From: Eledone cirrhosa
Lineage: Eukaryota
DNA: 64,000 nt
Assembly (NCBI GenBank): GCA_964016885.1
Contig: OZ024741.1
Coordinates: forward strand, 92,628,001-92,692,000
Reading direction: 5' to 3'
Below are positions 1 through 13,804 of the stretch, in pieces. Each line of letters opens with the position of its first letter. Position 1 is the stretch's first letter. The notes beneath the pieces are model-generated. The model worked only from the letters and a program-made list of their open reading frames with translations, searched no databases and was not told where the DNA came from. Position numbers and translations under genes: made by a program.

Positions 1-200
1 ACCCATACCAGTGTGGAAAGCAGATGTAAAAAGATGAGGATGATATACATATACACATATATACATTTACTTTGCAAGTAGATGTTCATCACAGCTCAGC
101 AATCAGCTCCCTCCTGCTGATTATTATTATCATCATTTAATGTCCGTTTTCCTTAATAGCAAGGGTTGGACTACATACATATATATGAGTGATCTCTTAA

Positions 201-244
<44 letters not shown>

Positions 245-739
245 AAAAGAGTCAGGACCCCAACGGCTGAGCTCCAGCCGTTTCGACAGCTATGTCTGAA
301 CTAACGCAGTAGTGTCAGGATGGTAGTAGTCTAGCTGAACTTTTCAAGGGGTAATTCCATATATGGGGATGCAATGGAGCGTGATCCACCTGGTTCCTTA
401 CCACACTTCCATCGTTTTATATATATATATAAATATGTATTTTTTTTTCGTTTTTGTATTTATTTTGCAAGATTTCTTATCTGAAAATGTGTATTGAAAC
501 AGATATTGTTGTACTTTGGGAGGGTCATGCTGCCAATAAAAAGACATGCACCTGTTGGTTTTCACTTCAATTTATTACAAATTTCCAGTTAGTTTAATAA
601 CCAGATGGTTGTTTATTAGTTTATTGTCAAAGCTCTTTTATCACACATCTGTGACCTCCTCAGAGACTAATTTGTTATTTTGTGTGTCTCCTTTGTTCTG
701 TCCTACACCATCTAGTTTTTTTTAATGGATGCCCTTTTG

Positions 740-1937
740 TCATGACACCTACACAACCACTTTACAATGTGGGCTGAGGGCTTTTTGTTGTGACACCTCA
801 CCTATCCAACCACTTTACAGTGCAGGCTGGGCATTTTTTGTCATTACACCCACATGACCACTTTACAGTGTGGGCTGGGCACTTTTTGTTGTGACACCTA
901 CATGACCACTTTACATTGTAGGCTGGACGCTTTTTGTTGTGTCACCATCATGACTACTTTATAGTGTGGGCTGGGGTCTTGGGTGGGTGGGGGAGTTGAT
1001 CTAGGGAGTATGTGAGGTGGTGGGATGTTCAGACATAGGTGGAATGTTAGGACATGGGAGGTACAAGACAGGGAGGGTTGTTAGAGCATGGAGGTGTATG
1101 GAGGGAAGAGTAGTGCATACAAGATGTAAGCTTCAACCCGTGCACATGGGAAGGCAGGTCTTCTGTATTATTTCCTAATGCCAGAGATCTCGATCCTATG
1201 TCATTGCCTTCAAGAGGTGCAATTGTGCATGGTCAGCTTTTATCCCCTCATCCCAAGTCTTCCTAGGTCTCCCTACACAGTAGCATCCATCAACCTTGAG
1301 CCCTCTGCACCTTTTCATACAGCTGCTATCCTTCATACACATCACATGCCCATACCAGCGTGTTCTCCTCTCCTGCACACTGTATCTGACTCCTCTTATA
1401 TTCAGTTTCTCTCTCAGTTCATTTATGCGTTGGCGTTTATGTATATTACTATTACACATCTATAGAAGCATGGAAGCTTCATTTTTTTCCAGTCTTCATA
1501 GGTCCTCTGCACACAGCACCTAGGTCTCACTACCATGCAACATTGCTGTTCATATACACGCATATTACAATCTGCTCTTCATTTTGAGGGAAAAACCTTT
1601 TGTGGCTAGCAGCAGTTGTAGCTCCCTGAACTTTCTCCACTCTAGTTACAGTACTTTTGGAACACACACCTCACTGCTAATTTGGTTGCTCAGGTAACAG
1701 AAACTATCAACTACTTCTACCGAGCCCTCTGGGCATTTAAAAGAGTTAGTATCCTGTGGGCTGTAGCTACTTACTGCACCTGTGCAACAACCACATACAA
1801 AACATGCGTTCTTTGATAGCCTACCCAAGATCCCACTACATCTCTTGTGTATCCATAGTTTGCACTTGGGTTATAGATGGAGTTTCTACCTACTCCTTTC
1901 CTATACACTGAAGAAGGCCATTTCCTTGAGGAAATCT
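740..1937 (-). mobile_element. Older degenerate RTE LINE 3' part
   Basis: ORFs 1646..1828 (VEVVDSFCYL) and 1196..1459 (RWYGHV, GRPRKTW); ~39-bp 3' UTR repeats at 740-970. Confidence 0.85.
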
Positions 1938-2130
1938 ATAAAAAAAAATTGATGGTAAAATAGGGATTCTTATATTGCTTATATTCAAGGCCAATATTTT
2001 GTCAATTTTCACGAACTTAAAAATTCTACATAAATGAGGTGAATATTACACCGGTTTCACTTTCAATCTGAAATTTCTATTTCCTATTGTTTTTTTATGT
2101 TTTGAATGTATATAGTTTTCAAAATAGTCA

Positions 2131-2180
<50 letters not shown>

Positions 2181-2330
2181 TAATCAAGTGTGTGTACAAT
2201 TAATAAATATATCAATAAAAAGATAATGAAGAAGATAAAGAGAGAAACAATGAGGATACTAGTGGACATGACATCAATCTACTTTAGGGATAAAGTAAAT
2301 TATTGTGGGAGAATAATGGCAATACATTAC

Positions 2331-2910
2331 CTCTTAAGCTTCCTTTAGAACCTCGTCTTTTATTGCTAGTGTTGCCACTGGTACTACTAATTCCTGTACA
2401 AGCCATCTTGTACAAAGAATCCATGTGTTCTTCAATATGAAAAACAGATAGGAGAATATCTTGCAAAGATTGCAAATAATGTTTGGAAATAACAATTGAA
2501 GCTTTCCGATTCGTGCGCCTTGCTCCTGAGTTAAGTAAGCCCTGCTCTGCAGGACTAGCATAGCCTTTTAAAAGGGGTTTTTTGTGGTTGCCATCATAAA
2601 GAAATTCACTCGATGACTGTGCAGAGTTCCGATGCATTATGTCTTTGAGATCATCATATATTTCCTCAATGAGAGCTGACATCTCGTCGGCATATTTATC
2701 AAGATAGAGATCATGTATAGCCTTGAAAGTCCCTGATACTTTCTTGAACATTCCTGTGGAGAGGATGGCAAAGTCCTCGTCAATCATGCCATTGATGAGA
2801 GCTGCCAGAATTCCACAGTTCTTTGTGATTGCTGCCACATCCAGTTTCTCATCAGAAGACTGTGGTAGAAGACTGTTGAAATAACCCTCCAGTTGTTGTA
2901 CTCTCAGCAT
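2331..2910 (-). CDS. KIAA0825: KIAA0825-like protein, coding exon 5; gene probably continues left of the window
   Basis: Acceptor tcttctgtag|ATG, reads MLRVQQLEGYF...IDEDFAIL...YLDKYADEM..., probable donor GAG|GTAATG at 2331/2330. The ORF-track stop at 2284 is then intronic read-through. Motifs recall KIAA0825 IKEDFNTL and YLDTVTEEM. Confidence 0.85.
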
Positions 2911-4932
2911 CTACAGAAGAAACAGAAAAACTCAATAATGATTGAGAAAAGCAATAAAAATAACAAGATGCAGCATGTGTTTTAAGGCCATTGGAGGCTC
3001 CATATCAGGCTTTTTGAAGCAATGTTTTATGGCCAGATATTCTTCCTGGCACTAACCCTTTTAGCCACCTCTTATAACACACAGGGATACATTGTACCTA
3101 TTCTAAACTGGTAACAAACAGCATCAACAAAATAACAAAAAGGAGAAAACAAATCAATTTGAACAATCCTTACCAGTCTCAATATCTGGCAATATCCAGC
3201 CAGGAATCACTAGGTTTGAGTTCCCATGTCCTGGAGCTGGGAATTCATCACCTGCAGATGGGGAAGAGTTAGGGGTAATGTATAATGTGTAGCAAGCATG
3301 CATTAACCCTTTTGTTACCATATTTCTAATGAAAAACATTGCCTATTATTTTCAAATTATTTTGAAAATAATGAAGAATTTGGGGGCATTTAGTAAAATT
3401 ACTAATTTTCTAATTATTAAGCTGGTTTTGGGACCATAACTTACAAACAGTTCTTATATAAAATTAGGATGGAGGTTTTTAGATGAACACAAACACTTTA
3501 ACCCTTTCATGACCACATTTCTAATGAAATACACAGCCTACAATTTTCAAATCAACTTGAAAATAATCAAGAATTTGAAGGGATTTGGTAATATAACTAA
3601 TATTCTGTTTAGAATATAACTTAACATGGGGGTCTTACACAAAATTATGAAGGAAGATTTTTGGATAATATAAACACTTATATAAATAGTTTTCTTTCAT
3701 AGAACAAAGGATGATTTCAGGTAGTTTAGTAGTAAAATGGTTAAGGATAAAGGTGAAAGATTGATACAATCTCTGTGGCTTGACTTCATTGTTGACCATC
3801 AGAAAAGGTATTCATATAAAACTGGGGCAAAGTGGGGTTCTGTAAGTCTGATATACACTACAATGCTAACCACATGGTATGTAATTCTGTACAGTGGAGG
3901 CCAATAGAAGATTTTCTATATAATATAATACTGGGGTGTCCAGAATAAGAGATAAACTGTAACCTCTACCAGACTGGATAATCTATAAGACAGCCAGCCA
4001 GCAAGGAAGTTTCTACAAGGTCATTCGACTTGTTAGAAAGAGCAAATGAATTTCCTTCAAACCACACCTTATTGTTTGAAAAAGAAGGACAGAGATAGTT
4101 TCCCCGTGCAGACAGGACAGTCAGACTGGAATGCTTTGATAATGGACCAGCTTCATTAGGATTGACATGAGACTAAAGAACATCAAATTGCATTATTAAG
4201 GTAGTAGGTAAATACAAAAGTAATGAAAGCATTGATAGCTAGGTAGATAAGATAGGGGACAGGCAGCTAAGAGACCACAAGTTCTCATCATACCAGCATT
4301 GACTTAAAGAGACTGAAATGTAGATATCATTCCAATCTCCATCACCACCACCATCATCATTTTACATCCATTTTTCTATAATTGCAGGCATTTGGGAGGG
4401 ATTCTTTAGCACAGCGTTACATCTCATTTGTGCCGCGTCGTTCATGCACACTAAAGTTACTCCATCAGAGCATGCTCACTTCATTTCTTTCCAACCTTTG
4501 CAAATTCTCCACATGTAAGGCTCATGTAGCATTGCACTTTATAGTCAAGCATCTTACAATCTACCCTTCACTTTGTTGCCAGCAGCGGTAACAGCTTCCA
4601 GGTATTTTTCCACCTAGTTCATTCACACGCTAAAAAGTACTCATTTGAAACACACACCCCTACTACTAATTAGGTCACTTAGGTAACAAAAGCTACCAAC
4701 TACTTCTAGGAAACCTTCCAAGCATTTGAAAGAATTTATTTCACATACACTTCTATAGCTAACTACTCCTGTACAATATATATATATATATATATAGTTG
4801 ACAATTACTGTGTTGTTTAGCTGTAAGAGTTATGTTGTGACATCTCATTGATAAACAGATGTAAGCAGGAAAGAGCACTTGCATTAATACGATTGTGTAA
4901 CATGTCTTAATGTTTATTTTATACACACACAC

Positions 4933-4980
<48 letters not shown>

Positions 4981-5282
4981 ACCTTGTAAATATACAGGCA
5001 AAACTCTGCAAAGTAACAGGACACTATCTCAATGTTAATAAAACTACATATATATCATCATCATCCTCATCTTATTAATCCAGTTTTCCATACTAATCTG
5101 AGTTGAATGGATTTTCATGCTCTGAGACTAGACATGTTTGGTGACCACATCTTGCTTATACATTACATTTTGGCATGGTTTCTACAGCTGTATTCCTTTC
5201 CGAACACTAACCAATTTACAGTGTGGACTGGGTGCATTTTATTGTGGCCCCAACACTACCACTTTCTAGAGTGGACTAGTAG

Positions 5283-5317
<35 letters not shown>

Positions 5318-5516
5318 AGTGGAAGCTTAGTAAAATCGAAGCTTTGGCTGTGGCCAAGCAAAGTCGACCTACAATAAGGAATGAGTAGCAAAGCACTCAA
5401 TAAGGGTAAGTCCTTAGAGTAATAACATTACGTTTAAATAGCTTGACAAATTGAAAATTGCAGTAGGCAAAACCCAACCATACAGTACCAAAACAACGAA
5501 AGAACTAATCAGGTAT

Positions 5517-5890
5517 ATCATCATGATCATCATCACCGTTTTACGTCCGTTCTTCCATGCTAGCATGGGTTAGACGGGTTGTCCTGTTGTGGGCAGTGTC
5601 TGGTCGGCTAACCATGCCTTGCTCATACAGGAACTGATTTGGCTTGATTTCTACAGCTGGATGCCCTTCCTAACACCAACCTCATTTACAGTGAGTGCTG
5701 GGTGCTTTTTCCGTGGCGCCTACATGTCCACTTTACAGTGTGGGCTGGGTGCTTTTTTGCCGTGGCACCTCCACGACCACCTTGCAGTGGGAGGGTGTGG
5801 GGGCATATTGTCTATATGCTTCAGCTTGTACCCATGGGGGGGTCGGGTACTCTGTACTACTGCGTGACGCCCGAGGTCACGGTCGTGTGT
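5517..5890 (-). mobile_element. RTE family B 3' UTR fragment
   Basis: Near-identical to 19122-19490; ends in (AT)n at 5890. Confidence 0.88.
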
Positions 5891-5964
5891 ATATATATAT
5901 ATATATATATAAGAGAGTATTGAAGTATGCTTGAAGCATTGTGGAATAATAAAAAAATTTTGGG

Positions 5965-6412
5965 GGTCGTTTTGGAAGCCTTAACAATGCAGATGGGTAA
6001 ATCTCCGGGTAACAGAATCCGGTGGTGAAGAGAGAGATGTAAGGGAATGTAGAATGAGATGTATAGTGTGTAGAGGAACGTAAGAAAGAGCGTAAAAAAT
6101 AAAAATAACACGAGATAGAATTACCTTGGGAGAGATTTAATTGTCCCTATATTTCGGATTCAACAGATAACTTATATCCTCTCCGACAGATAACTTTCCA
6201 CCCCCGGAAAACCCCCCAGTTCATGGATGCGAATCCAAAATATAGGGACAATTAAATCTTGTGTTATTATTTTTATTTTTTACGCTCTTTCCTACGTTCC
6301 TCTACACACTATACATCTCATTCTACATTCCCTCTTACATCTCTCTCTTCACCACCGGATTCTGTTACCTGGAGATTTACCCATCAGCATTGTTGAGGCT
6401 TCCAAAATGACC
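5965..6412. repeat. Long inverted repeat (arms 5965-6161 and 6231-6412), probable Penelope-like terminal repeat
   Basis: The arms are reverse complements and are homologous to 28320-28590, next to the GIY-YIG fragments. Confidence 0.8.
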
Positions 6413-6769
6413 AAAAAAAATATATATATATATTACTACTAGTCCACTCTGGAAAGTGGTAGTGCTGAGAAAAAGCACTCAATCCACCCTGTAAGGTGAT
6501 TATGCTGGTGACATAACAAAAAGCACGCAGTCCATCATGTTAGGTGGTTGTTTTTGTGCCGCAATAAAAAGCACCCAGTCCACACTGTAACATGGTTGGT
6601 ATAAGGAAAGGCATCCGGCTGTAGAAAACAAGTCAAAATACAGATCCTTATGAGCATGACGTGGTCTCCAGACCTGACATGTCTCATTACATGACAATCC
6701 ATTTAACCCATTCAAGCATGGAAAATGGATATTAAATGATGATGATATATACATATATATATATATATA

Positions 6770-7080
6770 TCAGTATGTAATGAAAGTTCTGTCCGATGTT
6801 TTAAAGTAAATCTCGAATTAATAATAAGGTGTTTAAATTGTCAATTATATTTGGAATATACCGAAATCTCTAATATGTTTCATTTTTTTTTTCAAATTTT
6901 GTCAAATTTATCTGTATTGAAGCTGTTATATTGGCACCATATTCACTCCAAAAAAAAGAACACATTTGACATGAATTTCAAAATAGAGCAAATGCAGCAG
7001 TAAAATTACTCCAAAACACTTATAGAGATGACATAGTGACTGAAAGAACATGCGGGAGATGGTTTTCGCAGTTCAAACTT
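6770..7080 (+). mobile_element. Mariner transposon 5' remnant (HTH region)
   Basis: From 6970: HEFQNRANAAVKLLQNTYRDDIVTERTCGRWFSQFK, resembling the mariner N-terminal HTH (YG..V.ERTC.RWF..FK). Confidence 0.65.
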
Positions 7081-7099
7081 AACCGTTTGATAGGGAGAT

Positions 7100-7500
7100 A
7101 CAATTGTGTCAGTTAGCAGAGAACAAAAGAACTGAAGGTAGGAGGGCGTTGCTCACTCCAAGCAAAGCAAAAGAACCTCAAGGGATTACAGAGAAGGGAG
7201 ATGGACAAGACAGTGAGAACATAATTCAAAGAGAAAGAAGATGATGATTAATATTACTTTCGAATTTTTACAAATTGTATTGATCAGGAAGGCAAGATGC
7301 TGGAAGAGAATTCCATAGGTGAGATGTGCAAGGGAAGAAACTATCAGAATAGAAATTGCGATCGCATTTAGGAATTTTAACTGTAAATAGATGAGCCCTA
7401 GCTACCAATCTGGTGCTCTACAGAAGTTGCAATCATTAGTTACATCTGTAGCAATTAAAAGACATTCAAAGAGCCTGATTAACATCACTATGATGATGAT
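7100..7500 (-). mobile_element. CR1/Jockey-like LINE ORF2 C-terminal remnant
   Basis: Minus-strand translation HLFTVKIPKCDRNFYSDSFFPCTSHLWNSLPASCLPDQYNL fits the SFFPRT..LWNSLP terminal motif. Confidence 0.65.
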
Positions 7501-9007
7501 GTATTTCACTTAAATTTGAAAATTAAAATTCTTTTATTCTTTCACTTGTTTCAGTCTGCAGCCATCTTGGGGAACCACCTTGAAGAAATTTTAGTTGATC
7601 ATATCAACCCAAGTACTTATTTTATGAATCTCTTTTTGTCAAATTGCTAAATTATGGGACATAAACAAACAGTAAAAACACACACACACATATATACATA
7701 CATGTGTGTACACAAACACACAGGTGTGTAAGAGACCATGTGTGCCTGCATACGCTTCCACACAGTTTCTGTATGCCAAATCTCACTCACAACTTGAAAC
7801 TATAGTAGTAGATACTTGCCCAGGTGCCATGCATCTACTACACTTCTAAAATAATATAGAAATTATAACTTTTGTCAATATGAAGCTGCTATATGAAACA
7901 TAACTTAAGAAACATTTTGTATATAAAATTATGAAAGATGATTTTAATATAGATATGAGCACTTTAAAACAGGTGGTTTTTGTATGATAGAACTGAAGGT
8001 AGTTTCTGGTGGATTAGTATCAAAAGACTTAACCTTCAACCTCACTGTCTATGTACTCTCCTTCAATTAATCTAACAGATGAAGCTACACTACCATCTGT
8101 AAAGGAATCCAATGATCTCATAAAGAGAAAGTAACATTAGATGATGCAGTCCTTAATATATTATGCCTGAAAAGGAAAAAGATGGCATAGTTATTGGTCT
8201 GCTCAATCAATAAGTGATTCATAATATATCATGAGCTTAAGAGCTTAAAACTATTCTCCGCTCTATGAGATGAGTTACACTTCACTAGCCTCTATGAAAT
8301 GATCCTCACTTTACTCTCTCTGAAATAATCCACATTTAACTACACTTGATAAAATGATTCACATGTAAGTGGTCTTTATGAAGTAATACACACTTTATTC
8401 TTTATGAGGAAAAGAAGGACATAGAATGATCTCCGTTGGTTTAGATGATATGTGTTCCTCTTCAAAAGTCTGTCACAATCCTAGAGGTACATCAAGATAG
8501 AACTTATCCCAATTTCATGAGGTGTTATGCAAATGAGAGTACAAAACTACCATCTGGATGGGATGCTAATTTGTTAAAAGGTCTGCTCATGAAATTAACA
8601 GATAAGTGGCTAAGCATTCCATAGACACATGTACCCTTATCGTTATTCTCAAGGAGATTAAGCATAACACAGTGTGTGACATGGCTGGTCCTTTGAATTA
8701 CAGGTACAGTCCATCCAACAAGCAATCAAACAATTTCCATCTACTAAATTTCACTCACAAGGCTTTGGTCAACCTGAGGCTATGGTAAATGACATTTGCC
8801 CAAGGTGGGATTGAATCCAGGCTAGAACATTTTGAATGCGAAGCAAACTTCTTAACCATTCAGCCATGTCGCATCCACAACTCTATGAAGTAATCCACAC
8901 TTAAATACCCTCAATTGCAACACGAGTCATTAACGACATCAGTATTAAATGGTTAAACTAATTAGTAGATAGTAAAAAAAAAAGTCCCAATAAATGTGTT
9001 ATTATAC

Positions 9008-9146
9008 CTGGTAGCAGAACCAGATGTCATCGGCTTGATACAACGTGACTAAGCTCTGTAAGTATTCATATCGTTTGTGTTCTTGTAGATTGAGTTCCTG
9101 CTCAAAACCTCTTAACGGTAATTTAGACAGCTTGTCCATAAAGTAC
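9008..9146 (-). CDS. KIAA0825: KIAA0825-like protein, coding exon 4 (absent from the ORF track)
   Basis: Acceptor ttattgtag|G, 139 bp, reads YFMDKLSKLPLRGFEQELNLQEHKRYEYLQSLVTLYQADDIWFCYQ, donor CAG|GTATAA; phases 2 then 0 fit both neighbours. Confidence 0.88.
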
Positions 9147-11319
9147 CTACAATAAAAACAAATAAGTATTATTGAAATAGGAATTGTTTTTTCAGTATCT
9201 TTTGATTTATAACAATTATTAAATTTTATTTACTTTGCGTGTCATATTTATTGAAACAAAGTGTTGGATCTAAGGGGTTTTGAAAGTTTTGAAAATTAAA
9301 ATTAAAACCCTGTAATTTTAATCTTTTCGCTATCTTCTCATGAAAGAAACTACTTATAATTTTCAAATAATTTTGAAAATAATCAGGAATTTGGAGGGAT
9401 TTAGTAATATAACTAACTTTCTCATCATTAAACTGGTGTTTGGAACAACTTACATAAATTATTCTGGAAGGTCTTTAGATAAATATACATATCCTAATAA
9501 TGCACAGCTCTGTATTGTAGTTCCAGATGGTTTGGTATCAAAGATTTTTATGTTTCCTTAACATTTAGATTTATTATGAGGCCAACAGTAATAAATTATA
9601 AATAGCATATGTCAACAAATTACAAGATGGTACTGCAATGTTTTCAGCTTAATCCATCACTCAAAACATTTAGCACCCTTCTGTAAATACAAGAGGAATG
9701 TGCTGAAAATGAAAATGGGTTACGCCAAGAACTTTTCAGCACCCTCTCATATATATAAACTGTTCTGAAAATATGCATCTAGGTTATATTAATTGAACTA
9801 ATGTATATTTTTTTTTTATATCACATTTAGTAAACAATAGCACTGTTAGTTACAGTTTCCTAATAGGCCAATCAATGGTTCACTGCATTTCAGGTAATGA
9901 GAGTCACAATGGTGAGTCTAATTCAATGCAAAACAAATATATCAGAGAATTTTCTTCATAAAGACCTTGTGTTCCAGCTTTCTAACCAATGTTTACATCA
10001 TTTGCTGATTTACATTGGCAAATGATATACTCTCTTTCTTACACATATGTATGGTTAAGAAATTTTTCATAGAAGAATTATAAAAGTTATTGAAATAGGG
10101 ACAAAATCAGTGAAAGTTTCTTGACGGTCACTCAAGCCTATGAAATAGGAGCTAAATCCCTTTAAAATTACATTCTACGTGTCTAAAAATGGAAGGACAC
10201 ATTGGATAGTATAGTCATAAATACACAATATCTAGAAAAAAATAATAAAAGATGGTCACAGGTGGAATACTTTCAATGATATGACTTCTGGATCAGGACT
10301 GACCCGGGGCTATACACCAGCTAAAATAGTGATATGGAATCTACAATGTTAAACTGCATAATGAGCTGTTTTATAATTACAGATTCCAACATAGGAATTA
10401 GATATTTAATTTCTACTTCTTCACTGTAATTAGTTCCCTAGATGATTGTTCATTATCTGAGACTTCGATCAGATTTCCATTTTTATCATGTACGAAAGCA
10501 TAGCTTCTTTTGACAAGGTTTTAAAGCCTATAGTTTGAACAACAAGCATTTTAACCCTTTCATGCTCATTTTCTAATGAAATACACTCTATTTCAATTAA
10601 TTAGTAAAGAATTTTAAAGGATTAACTAAAATCATTAATTATTTCATTACTAAAATTATGTTCAAAGATTTTAATTTAAAGAGGAACCTTTTAAAATGGG
10701 TGGTTTTTGCTTCAGAGAACTAGAGCCAGTTTTGCCAGGTTGGTGCCCAAAAGGAGTGATTTTTCCCTGCTAAAGCAGAGCTTAGTCTTGCTATTCTATG
10801 AGAAGCTTCATACACATCATGGGGGTCCTTTTTGAAGTCATGTTTTACAGCTAGTGTTCTTCCTGATTCCAACCCTTTTGGTTTCCTCTTACGACATGCA
10901 GGGTTAAATTGTACCTAGTCTAAATCAGATACACAGGTGATTGTTCATTATCAGAGACCTTTATCATGTCTCTATTTCTGCTATATATGAGAAGGTTGGT
11001 TTTTGACTAGCTAGAAAAGTTTATAGTTTAGATTTAGAGCAGCAGTCATGACTGCCACTATTTTGAGTGGCCCTTAAGTACCCTAAAATTTTTACTTTAT
11101 TTTTTTTTTATTTATTTATTATTATGACCCAAACATTGAAGTAATTTCAGGTAGGACTCAAAGGCTAAAATTGCAAGTTAACTAAATCCATGATTTCTTG
11201 TATGTATTTGTATTTATAATAAATTATGCAACTCCAATAGTTGAAATTATTTTTTTCCAGATTGAAAAGGTTCCAAACACCTGCTTTAGATGAAGAGAAA
11301 AATTGGGATATTGTCACAT

Positions 11320-11548
11320 TTAACCCTTTAGCATTTAAACCGGCCATATCTGGTCAGAATTCTTTCACCTCTTTCTGTTCAAACCAGTCATAACTGGCTG
11401 CTCATACTGACGTTAAGGTATTGTTCTAAAAATAAATAACATCAAAATCTCATAGATTCGATATTATGTGAAATAATTATGTGAGGTAAAGCCTTTACCA
11501 CAAAAATACAGTAGTAGATATAGAGTAATGTAAATGCTGAAGAGTTAA
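11320..11548. mobile_element. TTAA-flanked MITE, second family
   Basis: Imperfect terminal inverted repeats TTAACCCTTTAGCATTTA and TAAATGCTGAAGAGTTAA. Confidence 0.6.
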
Positions 11549-13804
11549 ACCTTTGTCAAAAAAGGTTTAAGCGATGGGAACTTGTGTCACCTGAGATTTG
11601 AAACTAGGTGTTTTCCACTTTAAAAGCCTGTCACAAGTGTAGAAGCACATCAAGACAGAGCTTATCCTAATTTATGAGGTGTTAAACAACAGAGTACAAG
11701 ACTACCCTCTGGACAGGATGCTAGTTTATCAAAAAATTAACTTCCAGCTGCTACTGGTACTCATTGGCTAAGTGTACTGGAGCAACATAAATGGAAATGC
11801 TTTGCTCTAGGCCAAAGCACCCAGCAAAGTCTGTAGATTGAATCCCTAACCTTATGGTCTTGAGCCCAACCCCCTAACCACTAGGCAGTGCACCTTCACT
11901 TACTTTCTTCTTACTGATAAGAAAATATTGATATTTGTAGAGAGACAGAAAACAATTTCTATTTATAGATTGTGAAATGCCATAGATACACACAACTGTT
12001 CTCATACCAAACTGCCTGAAACTGCCCTTGGTTCTATGATATAAAACTTAATAGTTAACTTGTTTATACTTAAATTTAAAACTTCCATCATAATTCTATG
12101 TAAGAAAATGTTGTTATGTAATGCTTCAAATGCCACCTTTCAAATGAAAAAAATCATATACTTGACTAAATCATTCAAAATTGATTATTTTCAAAATTAT
12201 TTGAAATACTGTTTTTCATTAGAAATATGGTAACAAAATGTTTAAATGAAGTGTGATTTTCCAATAAAGGAATTATACCCCAACCCTGTACTAGTATCAT
12301 CATCATCATACATCCGTTTTCCATGATGGCATGGGTTGGGTGGGTCATCACGGTTCAAGATGAAACATGGTTGGATAACCATGTCTTGCTCATACTTTCC
12401 ATATTTTGACATGGTTTCTAGGTTTCTATGGCTGGACACTCTTCTTAACACAAACCACTTTACAGAGTATAAAAGTGATTTTTATGATAACTATGATTAA
12501 GATAGCTATCATCATCATCACCATTTTATGTCTATTTTTCATGCATTGATTAGACAGGTTGTCATGATCTCAGGGTAGACAGGCAGGTGAGAGGTTTGTG
12601 TCTTGCTCATATATTCCATTTTGGTATGGTTGCCATGGCTGGATACTCTTCCTAATACCAACCACTTCATGGCATGTACTAGGTTTGTTTCCTCGTGGTA
12701 CCACCAGTACCACCTTACAGGGTAGACCAGATGCTTTTATCATGGCACCAGCACTACCACTTTTCAGAGTAGGTTGGGTGCATTTTATCATAACACCAGC
12801 ACTTCCACATTCCAGTGTGGACTGAGGGCTAAGAACATTTTATTGTGGTACCAGTCCAACCATATTTCAACACTAGAGTGTTTGTGGCCATGGCTGGGCT
12901 CAGATGGCAGGGTTAGGAAGTAGAGAATGGGGTTTGGGGTGGTAAGAGTTGAATTTTCCTTTTTCCTAGAGGGAGATATGGGGTAGCCATAGAGTAAGTG
13001 AGGAACATCTAGTAGTATTAGGAGGTAAGCTCAGCTTTCCATGCCAGCATGGTTGAGCAAGGAGTAGAGGAATTGAGGAGTAAATTTGGCAGTACAAGTT
13101 ATGGAGGAGAAGAGGGAAGGGAGAGTAAGTGTTGGGTCGTAGAGTAATCTTAGAGAGAAGGAAAAAAAGAGTGAGCCAGCAGCACCTGGCAGTACAGTGA
13201 AGGTGCATCTGCTTTTGTGTAGGAGTCAGTGGAGAAAGACTAGATGGGTGGATGAATGACCTTAGTAGGGGAGGAGGAAATCAAGTGTGCGAAAGGGAAG
13301 AATCGGTGAAGGGAATAGCTAATGAGGAGGGGGTAATGGAAGAGGCAGCTTAAGTGTTGTTACATCTTTCTGCCTTTTACAGCCATCCTCCTCATTCTCA
13401 TTTCATCCCGCTTGTATAGGGACGCAATTCATATGAAAAGTAGTGAGCTAGTGCTAGTGCCACAAAACAATGCACCCAGCGCACTCTGTAAAGTTGTAGT
13501 GATGAACATGATGACATGATGAAAAGCACCCAATCAACCTTGTAAAGTGGTAGTGCAAGAGTAATGATAAAATGCTCCCAGCATATGCTGTAAAGTGTTC
13601 GGTGTTAAGAAGGGCATCCAGCTGTAGAAACCATGTTCCCTGTACATGCTATAAAGTAATTGGTGTTAGGAAGGGCATCCAGCCATTGGAACCAAGCATG
13701 TGAGTTGGATGCAGTCACCTGAGTGGCCTGGCATCAGCATGCAGCAGCATGTGTAACTCATGCAAGCATGGAAAATAGAATGCTGGTGATGACGATGATG
13801 AACA

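Noticed and set aside
2284-2330. ORF-track C-terminus NVLPLFSHNNLLYP* as the true protein end
   Set aside because: A good GT donor precedes it and KIAA0825 proteins are much longer; likely intronic read-through.
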